Source of the DNA: Octopus sinensis
Lineage: Eukaryota
Reading direction: 5' to 3'
Length of the DNA stretch: 23,139 nt
NCBI RefSeq assembly: GCF_006345805.1
Contig: NW_021823905.1
Span: 1-23,139 of the forward strand
A model generated the notes under the pieces. The model saw only the letters and a program-made list of their open reading frames with translations, did not search any database and was not told the DNA's origin. Position 1 is the stretch's first letter; each line of letters starts with the position of its first letter. The position numbers were made by a program, and so were the translations under genes. Of this stretch, positions 19,862 through 23,139 are shown in pieces.

Positions 19862-20280
19862 AAGGCGGCGAGCTGGCAGAAACGTTAGCACGCCGGGCGA
19901 AATGCTTAGCGTTATTTCGTATGCCGCTACATTCTGAGTTCAAATTCCGCCGAGGTCGACTTTGCCTTTCATCCTTTCGGGGTCGATAAAAATAAGTACC
20001 AGTTACACACTGGGGTTGATATAATCGACTTAATCCGTTTGTCTGTCCTTGTTTGTCCTCTCTGTGTTTAGCCCCTTGTGGGCAGTAAAGAAATAGGTAT
20101 TTCGTCTGCCGCTACGTTCTGAGTTCAAATTCCACCTAGATCGACTTTGCCTTTCATCCTTTCGGGGTCGATAAAAATAAGTACCAGTTACACACTGGGG
20201 TCGATTTAATCGACTTAATCCATTTGTCTGTCCTTGTTTGTCCCCTCTGTGTGTAGCCCCTTGTGGGCAGTAAAGAAATA
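19862..20280 (+). mobile_element. Young Deu/Nin-type SINE dimer (full unit plus 5'-truncated unit)
   Basis: Same unit as 6376. Junction GTAAAGAAATAGGTATTTCG at 20085-20104. Flanks AAGAAACCATGTATT (19847-19861) and AAGAAACCCAGTATT (20280-20294) form a probable TSD (13/15). Confidence 0.9.
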
Positions 20281-20864
20281 AGAAACCCAGTATTTTATTA
20301 ACCCAACATTACATTAACCCAATACCATAACTCAACACAAAAAGTTACCAACATCGAATCGCGAATAACCCCACATTATATTAACCCGACATCACAATTG
20401 TTCCAGAACTGCACGTGACCCAAAATCACATTTAACTGCCAAAACATTAAACCAAATCACATTTAACCCAACAGCGACACAACCTAAGTTAGCCCAGTAA
20501 TATCCAGTTATCCCAAGTTCACTTTTAGCAGCTTTATTGTATGTGTTCACCCTCAGTTCCCCTATTTTTGTATTCTTTTGCTTTATACATCACACACAAT
20601 TGTAAACCCAGAGAAAGGCGGGAGGTAGGTTGGTAGGTTACTAGGTGAGGGGGTACGTAGGCAAGTAGGTAGAGCGGGACCTTTGTTAGGTTTCATTCAT
20701 TTGTTGTGGTGTTGTTGTTGTTGTTGTGTGGTCTTCTTTTCTTCTTCTTCTTCTTCTTCTCTTCTCTCCTCCTCTCCTCCATTCTTCTTCTTGTGCCTTT
20801 AGTTAGGAAAGCATTATTATTATATTTTATATTATTATTATTATTCTTATTATATTATTAGTAT

Positions 20865-21112
20865 GGCGGTGAGCTGGCAGACTCGTTAGCACACCGGGCA
20901 AAACACTTAACGGTATTTCGCCCGACTTTACGGCCTGAGTTCAAATTCCGCCGAGGTGGACTTTGCTTTTTATCCTTTCGGAGTCGGCAAAAAGAGACCC
21001 GATAGAATAAGTACTATGCTTACAAAGAATACGTCCTGGGGTCGATTTGATTTGACTAAAGGCGGTGCTCCAGCATGGCCACAGTCAAATGACTGAAACA
21101 AGTAAAAGAGTA
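20865..21112 (+). mobile_element. Chimeric SINE: Deu-type head joined to the tail of the 14692-type family
   Basis: Head and core as at 6376 up to TATCCTTTCGGAGTCG, then GCAAAAAGAGACCCGATAGAATAAGTAC..GGCGGTGCTCCAGCATGGCC..AGTAAAAGAGTA, which is the reverse complement of 15441-15580. Confidence 0.8.
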
Positions 21113-21145
21113 TTCTTCTTCTTCCTTCTTCTTCTTCTTCTTCTT

Positions 21146-21176
<31 letters not shown>

Positions 21177-21246
21177 TTATTATTCTTCTTATTATTATTA
21201 TTATTATTATTAGTAGTAGTAGTAGTAGTAGTAGCAGCAGCAGCAG
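21113..21246. repeat. Compound trinucleotide repeat (CTT)n(ATT)n(AGT)n(AGC)n
   Basis: Directly visible. Confidence 0.95.
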
Positions 21247-21463
21247 TGTAGTCGGGTGCCAGAGTTGATATTGTTGTTGCAGTTAGGGTTGTTTCATCAC
21301 TGCTCTGGTTATTGATGCCGTTTTCTTTTGTTCCTGTTTGCAATCCGTGCTTTCGCGACGTACAAAACCCTGGCCATCTCGAACACACCGGCCAGCTGTC
21401 CTTCCTGTCCGTCCGCCGTCCTTCCTGTCCGTCTGTCTGACCGCCTGTCCGAAACGAAAGCTC

Positions 21464-21506
21464 TCAGTAGCGCCTCAATTCCATCAATTCCAACTCTGTT
21501 AAAACT
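21464..21506 (-). CDS. Candidate terminal exon coding end (VLTELELMELRRY*); an alternative acceptor at 21495 gives a 61-aa tail ending at 21309
   Basis: Two AG acceptors 11 nt apart, with frames compatible with the 22481-22522 candidate. No homology recognised. Confidence 0.2.
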
Positions 21507-21728
21507 CTGTTTCGGTACAATTGTTGGCCGACGGGAATAAAACAACTATTATCGGTGGATGTACTACCAGCCAAGTCACTCCCGGCCCTTGGAAAAGTAG
21601 TAGGAAGAGGAAGAAAAAAAGGGGAGTGGAGGCTAGGTGTTGTGGGTTGGTGATTGGTAGAGAGTTTGAGGTAGTCAGGGTTGAAAGTTACTGTTGATTG
21701 GATGGTTCACATTTACATGCATACAATC

Positions 21729-21769
<41 letters not shown>

Positions 21770-22786
21770 GTTGTTGTTATTGTTGTTGTTGTATATATAT
21801 GTGTATATGCATCTATATTTACATATACATACATAGATATACATACATAAACACACACATATATATTTGTACGTATATGTATATAAAAATATATATTATA
21901 TATATATAGATAGATGCATATAAATATATATACATTTATATATATATATATATACACACATATATATATATTCATACACAAATATGTATATACATGTATA
22001 TATATATATAGATATATATATATATATATGTGTATGTGGTGTGTGTGTATGTGTGTGTGTATGTGTGCGTGTGTGTATGTGTGTTTATATGTTAGTGTGT
22101 AAATATATGCAGTCTACACGTATAGATACTTACATACTTACATATACACAGGTATAGATATTTGTATATATACATGAACACACACATATATATGCATATA
22201 TATACATATTTATACACATATTCATACATGTATGTAAGTATGTATATATATATATATTTATAGGCAGATAGATAAATAGAAATATATAGAATTGTCTTCT
22301 CTCTCTCTCTTTATCTATCTATCAATTTATCTATGTACATATGTGTACATATATATATGCGTGCGTATACGCATGCGTGCGTATTTGTGTATATGAACGC
22401 GCGCTCGCGTGTGCTTGTGTGTGCGTGTGTGTGTAAAGATAGGGTCTTGTTAGGGGCTTTGAAAGAACAACAAAATGTACCGGTTAACATAAGGAAGCAA
22501 ATGAAGTGAAACATATGGTGCTCTGTGTAGCAAATAGAATGGAGTCCTTATGGCCTCTAACCACACAACACACACACACACACACACACACACCACACAC
22601 ACACACACACACAATACACACACAGACATACGTACATACATTCATACACACGTATGTATATATTCCTTGATATATACGACCTTACATACATACACACATA
22701 CACACTCTCAAATATATACGTATGTGTGTGTACTTACATACATACATATTTGCATATATATTTACATGTATGTATGAATGTAGGTA

Positions 22787-22827
<41 letters not shown>

Positions 22828-23139
22828 TATATATATGTGTGTGTGTGGTCTGTGTGTGTATGTATATATATATATATATATGTAGGTACATATATATATA
22901 TATACATGAGTATATATATATAATATATATATATTAGTATATATAATACATATATATGGTGTAGGTATATATATGATGTGTGTGTGCAAACTTACATACA
23001 CAACACACACAACACACACACACACATATATATATCCACAGAACCTTACCTATAACGTACATAAATGCATACACTAAAATGTATGCACACACACACATAT
23101 ACATATGTATAAGCATAGATATTATATATACATAAATAC
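21729..23139. repeat. (ATT)n/(GTT)n/(TA)n/(GT)n/(CA)n microsatellite field with a small unique island at about 22430-22560
   Basis: Directly visible. Confidence 0.9.
22481..22522 (-). CDS. Candidate 42-nt exon (RAPYVSLHLLPYVNR or EHHMFHFICFLMLT)
   Basis: Unique island in a microsatellite field, with acceptor TTCTATTTGCTACACAG and a weak donor CCG|GTACAT. Confidence 0.22.

Larger units (their letters stand above)
18985..20520 (+). repeat. Degenerate 16-17-nt minisatellite, consensus about TTAACCCAACATCACA, split by SINE insertions (19692-20283)
   Basis: Consecutive 16-mers at 19599-19678: ATAATCCAGCATCACA, GTAACCTAACACTACA, TTAACCCAAGAATGTA, TTTATCCCAGACCACA, TTTATCCCATACTATA. The pattern resumes after 20283. 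Confidence 0.7.

Overview
Eukaryotic (animal) genomic DNA, AT-rich and dominated by microsatellites and retroposons. The SINE families (Deu/Nin-like, CORE-like, V-like domains) point to an octopus/coleoid cephalopod; this is inferred from recalled repeat sequences, not a search. No complete protein-coding gene can be supported. Nearly all ORFs in the supplied track are microsatellite read-throughs. Well-supported features: an intact tRNA-Asn(GUU) gene (3895-3968, minus) with an inverted decayed copy nearby, and a minimal type-I hammerhead ribozyme fold (2077-2140) in a probable Penelope-like element remnant. Also well supported: a 427-bp MITE with 30-bp TIRs, an 8-bp TSD and internal (CCCTAA)4, about 20 SINE copies (several as tandem concatemers), and a degenerate 16-nt minisatellite. 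Moderately supported: a decayed, internally triplicated non-LTR reverse-transcriptase fossil (14514-16600) and hAT and mariner end fragments. A few unique-sequence islands may hold small exons or a promoter (low confidence).
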